Assembly (NCBI GenBank): GCA_021813045.1
Contig: JAKAMF010000002.1
Location: 1 to 35,247 of the forward strand
Direction: 5' to 3'
Origin: a bacterium
GTDB lineage: Bacteria; Omnitrophota; Gorgyraeia; Gygaellales; Profunditerraquicolaceae
DNA: 35,247 bases
Shown here: positions 8,418 through 18,734 of the stretch, piece by piece
Layout: each line of letters opens with the position of its first letter
How positions within the stretch are numbered: position 1 is the first letter of the stretch
Notes under the pieces: model-generated
What the model saw: the letters and a program-made list of their open reading frames with translations, nothing else
What the model was told of the DNA's origin: nothing
Databases searched by the model: none
Made by a program: the position numbers and the translations under genes

Positions 8418-9443
8418 TTATTTTTTCTCTAACTCTTCGATTTTTTTCTTTAATTCTTTTACCGTTTCGAATAATTTCGGCAGGTTTTGCAAGCAGGCAT
8501 TCACCCGCATAGCTGCTTCATGCGGCCTGGCCGGATAGCCGGAAACAAAGGTATTCGCCGGCACGGATTTAGTCACGCCGCCCTGCGCCCCGACAATCGC
8601 GTTATCTCCGATCGTAATGTGGCCGACCAATCCCGCCTGTCCGGCAAGAATCACGTTATTGCCGATAATCGTGCTGCCGGAAACTCCCGCCTGCGCGACA
8701 ATCAGCGAATTCTCGCCGATGATAACATTGTGGGCGATATGCACCAGGTTATCTATTTTTGTCCCCTTACCGACTACGGTCTTGTCAAAACGCGCGCGGT
8801 CAATCGTAGTATTGGCGCCGATCTCTACGTCGTCCTCTAAAACAACTGTTCCGGTTTGCGGGATATGACGATGGCTACCCTCAACCGTTACATAACCAAA
8901 ACCCTCAGAGCCGATCACCGCGCCGTTATGAATAATTACACGGTCGCCGATCGAAATATCCTCTCTGATTGAAACGCTGGGATAAATTAAACAATCCCGT
9001 CCGATGCGGGTATTCTTACCGATAAAAGAATTACTATAAACTATCGTATTATCGCCTAAGTTTACTCCCTCTTCAATAGTCACAAAAGAGCCGATGGCAA
9101 CGTTCTTGCCTAATTTTGCGTTTTTCGCGATCAGCGCGGTCGAGTGTATGCCCCGGGGATGACCAAGATCGGATTTGGTAAAAAGCGCGGCGGCTTTAAT
9201 AAAAGCTAAAGACGGGTTGTCTACGCGAATCAGCGGCTTAGCGGATGATTGTATGTCTTTGCCGACAATCACCGCGCTAGCCGCTGTCTTATCTAAATAT
9301 GGCAGATACTTGGGATTGGCTAAAAATGTAAGTTCCCCGGATTCTGCCTCTTTAATTCCACAAACACCTTTAATTAAAATATCCGCGTTACCGGCAATTT
9401 CTCCGCCGACCAAACGCGCTATTTCTTTTAATGTTTTACTCAC
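8418..9443 (-). CDS. lpxD: UDP-3-O-acylglucosamine N-acyltransferase
   Basis: 341 aa with the N-terminal LpxD-type domain followed by hexapeptide repeats. GTG start codon. Confidence 0.93.
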   Translation of the reverse strand: MSKTLKEIARLVGGEIAGNADILIKGVCGIKEAESGELTFLANPKYLPYLDKTAASAVIVGKDIQSSAKPLIRVDNPSLAFIKAAALFTKSDLGHPRGIHSTALIAKNAKLGKNVAIGSFVTIEEGVNLGDNTIVYSNSFIGKNTRIGRDCLIYPSVSIREDISIGDRVIIHNGAVIGSEGFGYVTVEGSHRHIPQTGTVVLEDDVEIGANTTIDRARFDKTVVGKGTKIDNLVHIAHNVIIGENSLIVAQAGVSGSTIIGNNVILAGQAGLVGHITIGDNAIVGAQGGVTKSVPANTFVSGYPARPHEAAMRVNACLQNLPKLFETVKELKKKIEELEKK

Positions 9444-9452
9444 TTGCCTAAT

Positions 9453-9959
9453 TTATTTCTTATAACCCTTATTGACTATATCAATAATTTTATCAGTGAT
9501 ATCCAATGTTTTATCCTGATAAACCAGAACCCGGTCATTAAAGACCATGATAAAACCTTGCGCCTTGGCATAGGTTTTAACCGCGTCTTCGATATCTTTC
9601 AGGATCTCTTTCATTTTTTCATCCTGATCCTTGCGCAGTTCGGTTTGCTGCTGGCGGTCATAATCCTTTAAAGCATTGACCTTGGCCTCAAAATTCGGCT
9701 GGCTGGCCTGTTTTTCTTTGTCAGTCATTAAAGCAATTTTGTCCTGCAATTGCTTGATTTCATTGATTTTCTTGTCTCTGGCATCGGTGTAGATTTTTTC
9801 TTTGTCGCCTAATGTTTTGTCGTAATCTTTGGTTTTTTTGTATTCGCTGAAGGTTTTGCTTAAATCAATGTAAGCAAATTTCTCCTGCGCCAAAGCCACT
9901 TTGGTTAAAACCAATGAAGCTGCAAACACTGCTGCTAAAACCACCGCCAACTTCTTCAT
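9453..9959 (-). CDS. skp: Periplasmic chaperone Skp/OmpH
   Basis: 168 aa with a signal peptide (MKKLAVVLAAVFAASLVLTKVALA) and a coiled-coil-rich body. It lies between bamA and lpxD, as in many diderms. A GGAGGAG Shine-Dalgarno sequence is present. Confidence 0.88.
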   Translation of the reverse strand: MKKLAVVLAAVFAASLVLTKVALAQEKFAYIDLSKTFSEYKKTKDYDKTLGDKEKIYTDARDKKINEIKQLQDKIALMTDKEKQASQPNFEAKVNALKDYDRQQQTELRKDQDEKMKEILKDIEDAVKTYAKAQGFIMVFNDRVLVYQDKTLDITDKIIDIVNKGYKK

Positions 9960-9973
9960 TTCTTCTCCTCCTT

Positions 9974-12340
9974 TTAGAACGAGTTACTGACGTTAAAATG
10001 GAACCTTCCGCTTCCCCGTTTATCTGAACCCGGTTCTTTATCCATGGGGATACCGTAATCCAATTTGATCGGCCCGATCGGCGTCTTCAACCGGAAACCG
10101 AAACCAACGCTTTTCTTCAACCCGCTAGTGCCGATCTTATTCATCTTTTCCCAGGCATTACCAATATCAAAAAATGTCGCCGCTTTAACAAAACTAAATA
10201 ACGGATAGGTATATTCGATATTGCCTACTAACATTGACTCACCACCCAGAGGATCGCCGGTCGGGCCGTCGATCGGGCCCAGCCTTCTTTCACGGTAACC
10301 TCTGACTGTATCCGCGCCGCCCACAAAAAACCGCTCATAAATCGGGATCTTATTCGTGTCTCCAAAATGCGTGCCCACGCCCATCCGAAGACGGAATTCC
10401 AAGGCGGAATTATTGATTAACGGCGTATAGTGCGAAGCGCGGCCGAAAAACTTCCAGAAATTTTTATCCGCGCCAAAAGGCCCGCCGGCAACCGACACCG
10501 AGCTGGTTAATAAATTTCCCCTATGGGTATCAAAAACATTGTCGCGATCATCAAAACTTAAGCCGAATTCCATGCTGCTGACTTTGTTGGTTCCGGATTC
10601 ACTTTGCAGATCATTAGCCGCTGTGCTATCTACATCGCTGATCTTTATATTCTCATAACGATAGGCCATATTACCGCGCACATAGTCGCTGAATTCTTTG
10701 CCTAAGCGCAAATCTCCGCCGGTAACTTTTTCGCTATAGCCATAACCGAGATCGGTATCTTTGGAATGTGAGCGCTGATAAGCGTCAAAACCGAATGAAA
10801 TCGGATAATCAAACATCCACGGCTCGGTAAAGCTCAGGTCAAACCCGTTGGAAACCTGTCCAAAGGAAGCGCGGAATTTCAAATCCTGGCCTGCTCCGGT
10901 AAAATACGGCCAGCTGCGCCAGTCAAAATTCTTCTGTTCGATTTCCACAAAACCAACCAACTGATCAACCGTACTGTAGCCGCCGCCGAAACTAAAGGAC
11001 CCTGTCTTTGCCTCTTTAATATCTACCACAAGATCTTTCTTATTAGAAGAATCAGTATCTTTGGTATCATAACTGACTTCCTCAAAGAACCCTAAATTCA
11101 TCAGGCGCTCTTTACTGCGCCGTAATTTCTCGCCGTCAAAACGATCGCCCGGCTTGATCCTTAATTCGCGACGCACAACAATATCTCTGGTCTTAACATT
11201 GCCGCTGACTCTAATTTTATTTACGTAAGTTATATCATTCTCGGTAATTCTATAAGAAACATTAACCCTCCCCGGGATCTTGGGGTCAGCTACGGCGTTT
11301 TCCTGAATACTTACAGAGATATATCCTTTATCAAAATACAACCCCTGAATATTAGCGACATCCGACCTCATGGCATCCTGACTGAAAACTTTGTCCGGAG
11401 CAGTTTCCTGAATCCGCGCCAAAACCGCCTTCTCGCTGATATCCTTGCAGCCCTCTATGCTTACTGTGCCGACCAGATAGCGCATGCCTTCTTTAATTTT
11501 AAAGGTAATATATAAAAACGGGCGCTTCGGATCGGGATCAGTCTTGACTTCGCTTTCTACCGCCACATCGGCATAACCGTTCTTCTGATAAAATGATTTA
11601 ATACGCTCTTTATCTTCTTTAAAGGTCTCTTCTTTCAAAACGCCGGGATTAAAGAACCAGGCCTTCTTGGTTTTGACCAGCCCGAGGATTCTTTTGGCGC
11701 TAAAAGCCTTATTGCCGATAACATAAATTTCTTTCACCCGTACGCGGTTATTTTCCACGATGTTAAATTCAACTTTAACTTTATTATCCTTGCTAGGAGT
11801 TACTTTATAAGTAATGATCGCCTGGTTAAAGCCGATCTTTTCATACATTTTTTTGAAAATCTGGATATCCTCCTCCAGATTGGAATAATCAAGGTATTGC
11901 GCCTGCTTGGATTTAAGCTGCTCTTTTAATTTTTCATCGCGCTGATTAAGATAGCGAATACCGGTAAAACTGATGCTTTCGATTACCGGCCGCTCAACCA
12001 GAACAATAATTATTTTTACCCCGCCCTCTGATGGCTCGGTATCGATTTTGACATCGCTGAAAAAACCTAAAAGGTAAAGCCGTTTTAAGTCATCGTTAAC
12101 CACGTTTTCCTGATAAAGGCTGCCGACCTTGCTTTTAATTTTAGAAAAAATTGTATTCGAGCTGACGAACTTATTGCCTTTGATTTCAATCGCGGTAATC
12201 TTTTGCGGAGTTTTTTCGGGTGTAGACTCAGAGACAGCTGCGCTGTCAGAAGATTGAAGGTCAGCGCTTTCGGTTTGAGCAAAAGCAAAACTAATTAATA
12301 AGAAACAGGATAGGAAAATGAAAACGAATTTTCTTAGCAT
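9974..12340 (-). CDS. bamA: Outer membrane protein assembly factor BamA
   Basis: About 788 aa with a signal peptide, POTRA repeats and a C-terminal beta-barrel ending in aromatic F. The track start at 12361 is TTG inside the predicted promoter. ATG at 12340 (MLRKFVFIFL...) is preferred. Confidence 0.93.
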   Translation of the reverse strand: MLRKFVFIFLSCFLLISFAFAQTESADLQSSDSAAVSESTPEKTPQKITAIEIKGNKFVSSNTIFSKIKSKVGSLYQENVVNDDLKRLYLLGFFSDVKIDTEPSEGGVKIIIVLVERPVIESISFTGIRYLNQRDEKLKEQLKSKQAQYLDYSNLEEDIQIFKKMYEKIGFNQAIITYKVTPSKDNKVKVEFNIVENNRVRVKEIYVIGNKAFSAKRILGLVKTKKAWFFNPGVLKEETFKEDKERIKSFYQKNGYADVAVESEVKTDPDPKRPFLYITFKIKEGMRYLVGTVSIEGCKDISEKAVLARIQETAPDKVFSQDAMRSDVANIQGLYFDKGYISVSIQENAVADPKIPGRVNVSYRITENDITYVNKIRVSGNVKTRDIVVRRELRIKPGDRFDGEKLRRSKERLMNLGFFEEVSYDTKDTDSSNKKDLVVDIKEAKTGSFSFGGGYSTVDQLVGFVEIEQKNFDWRSWPYFTGAGQDLKFRASFGQVSNGFDLSFTEPWMFDYPISFGFDAYQRSHSKDTDLGYGYSEKVTGGDLRLGKEFSDYVRGNMAYRYENIKISDVDSTAANDLQSESGTNKVSSMEFGLSFDDRDNVFDTHRGNLLTSSVSVAGGPFGADKNFWKFFGRASHYTPLINNSALEFRLRMGVGTHFGDTNKIPIYERFFVGGADTVRGYRERRLGPIDGPTGDPLGGESMLVGNIEYTYPLFSFVKAATFFDIGNAWEKMNKIGTSGLKKSVGFGFRLKTPIGPIKLDYGIPMDKEPGSDKRGSGRFHFNVSNSF

Positions 12341-12349
12341 ATTATTTAT

Positions 12350-12377
12350 ATAATACCACAAATCCTCAACCGGTCAA
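12350..12377 (-). promoter_or_regulatory. Candidate sigma-70-like promoter for bamA
   Basis: On the minus strand: TTGACC (12372-12377), a 16-nt spacer, then TATTAT (12350-12355). The -10 element ends only 9 nt before the ATG at 12340 and no Shine-Dalgarno sequence is visible. Confidence 0.35.
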
Positions 12378-12387
12378 TAAAATTATG

Positions 12388-13728
12388 CTATTCCGCCCGG
12401 GTGATATTTTCGAATTTGGTATATTCTTTAATAAAAGCCAGTTCCATTGAACCTACCGGCCCGTTACGCTGCTTGGCGATAATAATTTCCGCTTTACCCT
12501 GATTATCCGGCGTAGGATTATAATACTCCTCCCTTAAAATCAAGACCACTACATCAGCGTCCTGCTCAATCGCTCCGGACTCCCTTAAATCAGACAACTG
12601 CGGCCGATGGTCATTACGCGATTCTACCGCGCGCGATAACTGGCTGATCGCCACTACCGGCACGTTTAATTCGCGCGCCAAGGCCTTAAGCGAACGGGAA
12701 ATCTCGGAAATTTCCTGCTGGCGGCTATCCATATTCGTAAAACCGGAGCCGCGCATCAGCTGTAAGTAATCAAGAATAATCAACTGAATATCGTGATGCA
12801 TCTTTAAACGCCGCGCTTTCGCCCGCAATTCCATTACGGAAATTGCCGGGGTATCATCAATATAGATCGGGCTCTCGGAAAGCTTACCCGCGGCAGCCGT
12901 AAGTTTCGGCCAGTCGGAAACCGCCAGGTATCCGGTACGCACCTTATGCGCGTCAACCCGCGCGTGAGAACAAAGCATCCTTTGCACCAACTGTTCCTTG
13001 GACATTTCCAAACTGAACATCGCTACCGGAGCTTTGCCGACAATCGCCGCGTATTCGGCCATATTTAAGGCTAAAGCACTCTTGCCCATAGACGGCCTTC
13101 CGGCAACAATAATCAAATCTGACGGCTGCAAGCCGGCAGTGCGCAAATCAAAATCGATAAAACCAGTGGGAATTCCGGTAACATGCGTCTTTTTCTGGTA
13201 AAGCATGTCGATTTTTTCAATACTGGTCTTAATAATTTCTTTAAGGTGCTGATAAGTCGACTGGCTGCGGCGGTCGCTAATATCAAAAATTAATTTCTCG
13301 GCAAAATCAACCGCCTCGCTTACATTGCCTTCGGTTTCATAACAGCGGGAAATAATCTTAGTGGAATTACTGATCAGGCTTCTTAAAACGCCTTTTTCCC
13401 GGACAATCGAAACATAATGCGCAATATTCGCCGCGGTAGGAACAGCATTAGCCAAAGCGGTAAGAAAAGTCACGCCGCCTATTTCTTCCAGCATGCCCTT
13501 ACGCTTAAGGTCATCGGTGAGAGTAATTAAATCTACGGCCTTGTTGGAATTATACAAACCGGTGATCGCTTCGAAAACTGTTTTATGGCTGGACTTATAG
13601 AAATATTCGGAGTTCAGAGTCTCCACGGCCACAGAAATAGCTTCTTCATCCAAAAGCATTGAGCCAAGGACTGCCATTTCCGCGTCCAGGTTTTGCGGCG
13701 GGATTTTTTCTAAGATTTGTTCGGCCAT
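12388..13728 (-). CDS. dnaB: Replicative DNA helicase DnaB
   Basis: 446 aa with Walker A GRPSMGKSALALN and the N-terminal DnaB domain (PPQNLDAEMAVLGSMLL). Confidence 0.96.
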   Translation of the reverse strand: MAEQILEKIPPQNLDAEMAVLGSMLLDEEAISVAVETLNSEYFYKSSHKTVFEAITGLYNSNKAVDLITLTDDLKRKGMLEEIGGVTFLTALANAVPTAANIAHYVSIVREKGVLRSLISNSTKIISRCYETEGNVSEAVDFAEKLIFDISDRRSQSTYQHLKEIIKTSIEKIDMLYQKKTHVTGIPTGFIDFDLRTAGLQPSDLIIVAGRPSMGKSALALNMAEYAAIVGKAPVAMFSLEMSKEQLVQRMLCSHARVDAHKVRTGYLAVSDWPKLTAAAGKLSESPIYIDDTPAISVMELRAKARRLKMHHDIQLIILDYLQLMRGSGFTNMDSRQQEISEISRSLKALARELNVPVVAISQLSRAVESRNDHRPQLSDLRESGAIEQDADVVVLILREEYYNPTPDNQGKAEIIIAKQRNGPVGSMELAFIKEYTKFENITRAE

Positions 13729-14171
13729 TACTTTTTCACAACCCAGATTTTTACTTTTAAAGCGACTTCCGGATGCAGCTTAATCGGCACTTCATAAATA
13801 CCCAGCGCCTTAATCGGCGATTCGATCGCTACCAGGCTTTTATCAATCTCAAAACCCTCTTCTTTTAAGGCATTGGCGATCTCAACCGCGTTGATGCTTC
13901 CGTAAAGCTGTTCATCTTCTCCGGTTAATACCGGAATGGTAATGGAAACACTGGCTAATTTTTCTTTCAGCGCCTCGGCCTGGCTTTTAATCTTGGCCAG
14001 TTCAGCGGACTTCTGTTGTTTCTGCGCTTCTAAATTTTTTAAGTTAGCGCTGGTCAAAGGAATCGCCAGCTTATTGGGAAAAAGAAAATTGCGCGCAAAG
14101 CCGTCTTTGACTTTAGCTACTGAGCCGGCCTTGCCGATCTTCGCGACGTCTTGTTGTAAAATTACTTCCAT
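13728..14171 (-). CDS. rplI: 50S ribosomal protein L9
   Basis: 147 aa with N-terminal MEVILQQDVAKIGKAGSVAKVKDGFARNFLFP. It lies in the rpsF-ssb-rpsR-rplI operon context. Confidence 0.95.
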   Translation of the reverse strand: MEVILQQDVAKIGKAGSVAKVKDGFARNFLFPNKLAIPLTSANLKNLEAQKQQKSAELAKIKSQAEALKEKLASVSITIPVLTGEDEQLYGSINAVEIANALKEEGFEIDKSLVAIESPIKALGIYEVPIKLHPEVALKVKIWVVKK

Positions 14172-14192
14172 TTTCTCACCTCTTGCTTGCGA

Positions 14193-14468
14193 TTATATTC
14201 TCGTATACGGCATTAACGCAATAAACCGTGATTTCTTGATCGCCTCGGTCAACATTCTCTGATGGCGGGCGCAGTTTCCGGAAACTCTGGCCGAAACAAT
14301 CTTGCCTCTTTCCCGGATAAATGATTCCAAGCGCTTCACATCCTTATAATCTAAAGATTTGGTCTTATCCGCGCAGAAACGGCAGAATTTCTTCCGGGCG
14401 GCGAAAAACTTATCTTTCTTTTTCTTAAAATCTTTTTTATCCCTTTTATTAAACGGCTTATCCCTCAT
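14193..14468 (-). CDS. rpsR: 30S ribosomal protein S18
   Basis: 91 aa with the CRFC...[18 protein letters not shown]...R.TG.CA.HQR signature. Confidence 0.95.
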   Translation of the reverse strand: MRDKPFNKRDKKDFKKKKDKFFAARKKFCRFCADKTKSLDYKDVKRLESFIRERGKIVSARVSGNCARHQRMLTEAIKKSRFIALMPYTRI

Positions 14469-14895
14469 TGACCTTATCCTCGCTTTCTTCCAACCATGCT
14501 GCTTCCGTAGATGCCGGCGCTTCGGCTATTGCTTCCCCCGGGACGCTGGTAGATTTTGCGCCGCCCGCGGCACCTAAGAACTGCACGCGTTCAGCCCGCA
14601 CTTCCACTACACTGCGTTTTGCGCCGGTATTATCTTCCCAAGAACGCGATTGCAGCCGGCCTTCTACAAAAACCGGGCTGCCCTTGCGTAAATATTGATT
14701 GCAATTTTCCGCCTGTTTATCCCAAACTACCGCGGTAATAAAACAAACTTCATCTTTAAATTCTCCGGTTTTGTCCTTATACTTACGGTTGACCGCCATT
14801 CTTAAATTAACTACCGCGGTACCCTGCGGAGTATAGCGCAATTCCGGATCCTTAGTTAAATTTCCCATTAATAAGACTTTGTTAAAATTAGCCAT
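14458..14895 (-). CDS. ssb: Single-stranded DNA-binding protein
   Basis: 145 aa with an OB-fold N-terminus ([28 protein letters not shown]). Its 3' end overlaps the rpsR start by 11 nt. Confidence 0.93.
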   Translation of the reverse strand: MANFNKVLLMGNLTKDPELRYTPQGTAVVNLRMAVNRKYKDKTGEFKDEVCFITAVVWDKQAENCNQYLRKGSPVFVEGRLQSRSWEDNTGAKRSVVEVRAERVQFLGAAGGAKSTSVPGEAIAEAPASTEAAWLEESEDKVNEG

Positions 14896-14923
14896 GATTT
14901 TCTCCTTGCGCAGAAAAAAACAA

Positions 14924-15208
14924 TTAAGGCCTGGTAATCAGCACCCTTAGGATGTTTTCGTTTAGTTTATAAACATGGCGGATCTTGGCGATCGCTTGAG
15001 CATCGACCGTAAAATTCAAGAGGTAATAAACCCCCTCATGGAATTTGGCGATCGGAAACCATAATTTCCTTTTTTCCGACCAGACCGCCGCCTGAGTAAC
15101 CGTGCCGTTGTTTTTATTCACCGCGTCACTGATCTGGGTAAATAAAGTTTTCCTTTCGCCTTCCGCTAAATCCGGTTTGATGATAAACATTGCTTCGTAC
15201 TTATTCAT
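14924..15208 (-). CDS. rpsF: 30S ribosomal protein S6
   Basis: 94 aa starting MNKYEAMFIIKPDL. Operon context supports the call. Confidence 0.94.
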   Translation of the reverse strand: MNKYEAMFIIKPDLAEGERKTLFTQISDAVNKNNGTVTQAAVWSEKRKLWFPIAKFHEGVYYLLNFTVDAQAIAKIRHVYKLNENILRVLITRP

Positions 15209-15784
15209 TTACTTTAACTCCTTTTGGTTAAACGTATTCATGGTTTTTTCCATACCTTGTTCAATCCACATTTTGACGCAATCCTTAACCTCATCTATAA
15301 TCTGATCGACTAAAATTTTTTCTTTGCGGCTAAAATTAGAAAGCACATAATCAGACGCGTCGATATGCTCTCCGGGAGAGCCAATCCCCACTCTTAAACG
15401 CGCAAAATTTTCGCTTTTCAATACCGCGATGATCGAACCGATCCCGCGGTGGCCGGCGGAAGAGCCGGACGGCTTGATCTTGATCCGGCCTAATTCCAAA
15501 TCTAAATCATCGGCAATAACCAAAATATCGCCAAGCTCGAGATTATTCCGGCTGATCAACTGTTTAACCGCGCTGCCGGATAAATTCATAAATGTCAAAG
15601 GCTGGGCCAAAATCACTTCTTCGGCGCCAATCCGCGTTTTGGCATGCAAAGAGCGCCAGGTAAATCTTCTTTTTAACCTTGCCTTACATTCGCCTGCTAA
15701 GGCATCCACTGCCATAAAACCGATGTTGTGCCGGGAATCCTTATAGCGGTTGCCGGGATTGCCTAAGCCGACGATTAATTTCAT
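15209..15784 (-). CDS. pth: Peptidyl-tRNA hydrolase
   Basis: 191 aa with the MKLIVGLGNPGNRYKDSRHNIGF signature. Confidence 0.95.
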   Translation of the reverse strand: MKLIVGLGNPGNRYKDSRHNIGFMAVDALAGECKARLKRRFTWRSLHAKTRIGAEEVILAQPLTFMNLSGSAVKQLISRNNLELGDILVIADDLDLELGRIKIKPSGSSAGHRGIGSIIAVLKSENFARLRVGIGSPGEHIDASDYVLSNFSRKEKILVDQIIDEVKDCVKMWIEQGMEKTMNTFNQKELK

Positions 15785-15788
15785 GCAA

Positions 15789-16496
15789 TTATTTCTTTTC
15801 TTTGGTTTCTTTAGCTTCCTTGCCCTCTTTAGCGCCTTCTTCGCCCGGAACCTCTTTCTTTTCCTTGATTACTTCCGGTTCCTTAGCGGCTTCGCCTTCT
15901 AATCCTTCTTCAACCGGGACTTCTTCTTTCATCGGAGCGACTACGTGCACCACGGTAGAATCCGGATCACTCAAGGGCTTAACTCCTGCGGGAAGCTTGA
16001 TATCTTTAATATGGATGGCATCGCCCATTTTCAGGTTAGTCACATCCACTTCGATTTCTGCGGGGATTGCCGTAGGCAAACACTCAACTTCAATTTCCCA
16101 CATAACAAATTCCAAAGAGCCGCCTTCCTGTTTGACGCCGACTGCCTCGCCCTTGGCTACTACCGGCACATTAATCTTAATTTCTTTGGTTAAAGATATT
16201 TCGTTAAAATCAACGTGAACGATATTACCGTGGACCGGGTCATGCTGAATCTCTTTAACCAGGCAGGCTCTGGATTTAGCTTTTTTATCGTCTTTGATCT
16301 TTAAGTTAATGATCGCGTTTTCCAGGCGGTGCCGATGGACCAACTGAATTAATTCACGGCTGGAAACCTGAATCGCGAACGATTCCTTACCTTCGCCGTA
16401 GATAACCGCGGGAGTAAATCCGTCATCGCGGATTGCTTTAACCTTGCCTTTTCCTTTGTTTTCTCTGATCTGCGCTTCTAAAATAATCTCTGCCAT
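15789..16496 (-). CDS. rplY: 50S ribosomal protein L25 / general stress protein Ctc
   Basis: 235 aa with the L25/Ctc two-domain architecture plus an acidic/lysine-rich tail. It lies between prs and pth, as in many bacteria. Confidence 0.9.
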   Translation of the reverse strand: MAEIILEAQIRENKGKGKVKAIRDDGFTPAVIYGEGKESFAIQVSSRELIQLVHRHRLENAIINLKIKDDKKAKSRACLVKEIQHDPVHGNIVHVDFNEISLTKEIKINVPVVAKGEAVGVKQEGGSLEFVMWEIEVECLPTAIPAEIEVDVTNLKMGDAIHIKDIKLPAGVKPLSDPDSTVVHVVAPMKEEVPVEEGLEGEAAKEPEVIKEKKEVPGEEGAKEGKEAKETKEKK

Positions 16497-16511
16497 TTAC
16501 CTTACTCTCCT

Positions 16512-17450
16512 TTAGTCAAATAATGAACTCACTGACTGTTCCCAGTGTATTCTTTTGATTGCTTCTGCCAAAAGCCCTGCTACAGAAAGGACCTTTATGC
16601 GTTTGTGTTTTTTATGATCGTCCAGAGGAATAGTATCGCTGATCACCAACTCCTCAAGACCTTTGCATTTATCAATTCTTTCGATCGCCGGCCCGGACAA
16701 AACGCCGTGGGTGATCGCCGCACGCACGGATTTGCATCCGGCTTTATGCAAGGCCTCCACGCCTTCCACCAACGAACTCCCCGTGGCAATTAAATCATCG
16801 ACGATAATCGCATTCTTGCCTTTTACCTCGCCGAGTATATGCATTACCTCGGTCCTATCCGGCGTCTCGCGGCGCTTATCAATAATCGCCAACGGACAGC
16901 CCAGGCGTTTGGCATAAGACCTGGCCATCTTAATGCTTCCTACATCCGGGGTAACTACGACAATATCTTTTAATTTTAGATCTTTGATGTAATCAATAAA
17001 AACGCCGACCGCAAAAAGATGATCAACCGGAATATCAAAGAAGCCCTGAATCTGTCCGGCATGCAGGTCCACTGTAAGGACCCGGTTGGCACCGGCAGTA
17101 GTCAATAAATTAGCCACTAATTTCGCCGTGATCGGCACGCGCGGCTGGTCTTTTCTGTCCTGACGGGCATAACCGAAATTCGGCATTACCGCGGTAATCC
17201 GCTGGGCAGAGGCGCGCTTGAGCGCGTCGATCATGATCAGCAATTCCATCAAGTTTTCGTTCGGCGGCGGGCAAGTCGGCTGAATCACAAATACATCTTT
17301 GCCGCGCACATTTTCATTAATCTTCACGCGAATCTCGCCTTCGCTGAACCGGCTGACAAAGGCATCAGCTAATTTTGTTTTTAATGCCTTACAAATATCC
17401 TTGGCCAATTCAGGATGCGCATTGCCGCTGATCACAATTAATTTATCCAT
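16512..17450 (-). CDS. prs: Ribose-phosphate pyrophosphokinase (PRPP synthetase)
   Basis: 312 aa with the PRPP-binding loop IIVDDLIATGSSL. Confidence 0.95.
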   Translation of the reverse strand: MDKLIVISGNAHPELAKDICKALKTKLADAFVSRFSEGEIRVKINENVRGKDVFVIQPTCPPPNENLMELLIMIDALKRASAQRITAVMPNFGYARQDRKDQPRVPITAKLVANLLTTAGANRVLTVDLHAGQIQGFFDIPVDHLFAVGVFIDYIKDLKLKDIVVVTPDVGSIKMARSYAKRLGCPLAIIDKRRETPDRTEVMHILGEVKGKNAIIVDDLIATGSSLVEGVEALHKAGCKSVRAAITHGVLSGPAIERIDKCKGLEELVISDTIPLDDHKKHKRIKVLSVAGLLAEAIKRIHWEQSVSSLFD

Positions 17451-17463
17451 GATCCCCCCGATT

Positions 17464-18717
17464 TTATCTTTTTAAAATCCTTGCCGGCACTCCGACTACC
17501 ACCGCGCCGTCAGGCACTTTTTTATTTTTTAAAACTACTGTCCCGGCCCCGGTCTTAGCATGCTTGCCGATCTTCGCCGGCGCCACTAAAACCGTATCCG
17601 AACCGATAAAGGCATTATCGCCTATGCTCGTAGAATATTTCTTGCCGCAGTCAAAATTCGCCGTAACCGTGCCGGCGCCGATATTGGCATTGCGGCCAAC
17701 CACAGCGTCGCCCAGATAGGCAAAATGCTTAATAATTGTTTTAGAACCTAGTTTGGAACGAGTAACTTCTAAGAAATTACCGGCGATTACTTCATCCTCT
17801 AGGCGGGTGCCTTCGCGTAAATGAATAAAAGGCCCGATCTGACAACGTTTACCAATTTTAACATTTTTTTCCACTACTGTAAAGGGATAAATTACGGTAT
17901 CCTGCCCGATTTCCGTAGCGTAATTAATAAAGGCCGAAGCGGGATCAATTATGGTTACGCCAGATTCCATCAGCTTACGGTTAATCCTTTTTTGCATGAT
18001 CGCATTGGCCTTGGCCAGGTCCAGGCGGGAGTTAATCCCTAAGGCCTGATCAGCGTCAGCCAACGCTACGCCTTCCACCAAAGCGCCGCTTTTATAAAGA
18101 ATGCCGATACAATCAGTCAAATAATGCTCGCGGTTGGCATTATCGGCTTTGGTTTTCTTCAAAGCAGAGCTTAATTGAGCTTTGTTAAAACAATAAATTC
18201 CGGTGTTGATCTCTTTGATATTTTTTTGGTATTCATTAGCGTCTTTTTCCTCAATGATCCCCGAGACGCTGAAATATTTATCCCGCAAAATTCTGCCGTA
18301 ACCGGTAGAATCCTTGACCTGCGCAAAAAGCACGGTAGCTGCCGGTAAATTAGCGTTATGAAATGCAATTAATTTATCGATTGCGGCCTTGGTCAAAAGC
18401 GGCATATCCGTGCATAAAATCAAAACCGTGCCGTTAAAACCGCCGAGCTTGCTCATGCCAACGCTTACTGCCCCGGCAGTACCGTTAAGTTTTTTTTGTA
18501 TAGCCACTTCTACGCCTTGCGGCAGGATCTTACGCACTAATTCCTGCTTATGTCCGAGCACAGCGACGATCTTTTTTGGCTTCAGCTGGCTGGCTAGATC
18601 CAAAACATAATTTAAAATCGGCCGGCCGCAAAGCTCATGCAATGCCTTAGGCAGGTCGGATTTCATCCGCTTGCCATATCCCGCCGCCAAAACTATAACC
18701 GCTAAGTTTTTTTTCAT
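17464..18717 (-). CDS. glmU: Bifunctional GlcNAc-1-P uridyltransferase / GlcN-1-P acetyltransferase (GlmU-like)
   Basis: 417 aa with N-terminal LAAGYGKRMKSDLPKALH and a C-terminal hexapeptide-repeat domain. Confidence 0.88.
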   Translation of the reverse strand: MKKNLAVIVLAAGYGKRMKSDLPKALHELCGRPILNYVLDLASQLKPKKIVAVLGHKQELVRKILPQGVEVAIQKKLNGTAGAVSVGMSKLGGFNGTVLILCTDMPLLTKAAIDKLIAFHNANLPAATVLFAQVKDSTGYGRILRDKYFSVSGIIEEKDANEYQKNIKEINTGIYCFNKAQLSSALKKTKADNANREHYLTDCIGILYKSGALVEGVALADADQALGINSRLDLAKANAIMQKRINRKLMESGVTIIDPASAFINYATEIGQDTVIYPFTVVEKNVKIGKRCQIGPFIHLREGTRLEDEVIAGNFLEVTRSKLGSKTIIKHFAYLGDAVVGRNANIGAGTVTANFDCGKKYSTSIGDNAFIGSDTVLVAPAKIGKHAKTGAGTVVLKNKKVPDGAVVVGVPARILKR

Positions 18718-18734
18718 TTTACTTTCTGATTTAG

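Noticed and set aside
14902-14916. Identical 15-mer CTCCTTGCGCAGAAA here and at 27067-27081, both in the 5' leaders of minus-strand genes (ssb and the ferritin-like gene)
   Set aside because: Six of the 15 nt are the Shine-Dalgarno complement. Roughly one chance 15-mer match is expected between both strands of a 35-kb window. Similarity stops abruptly on both sides.
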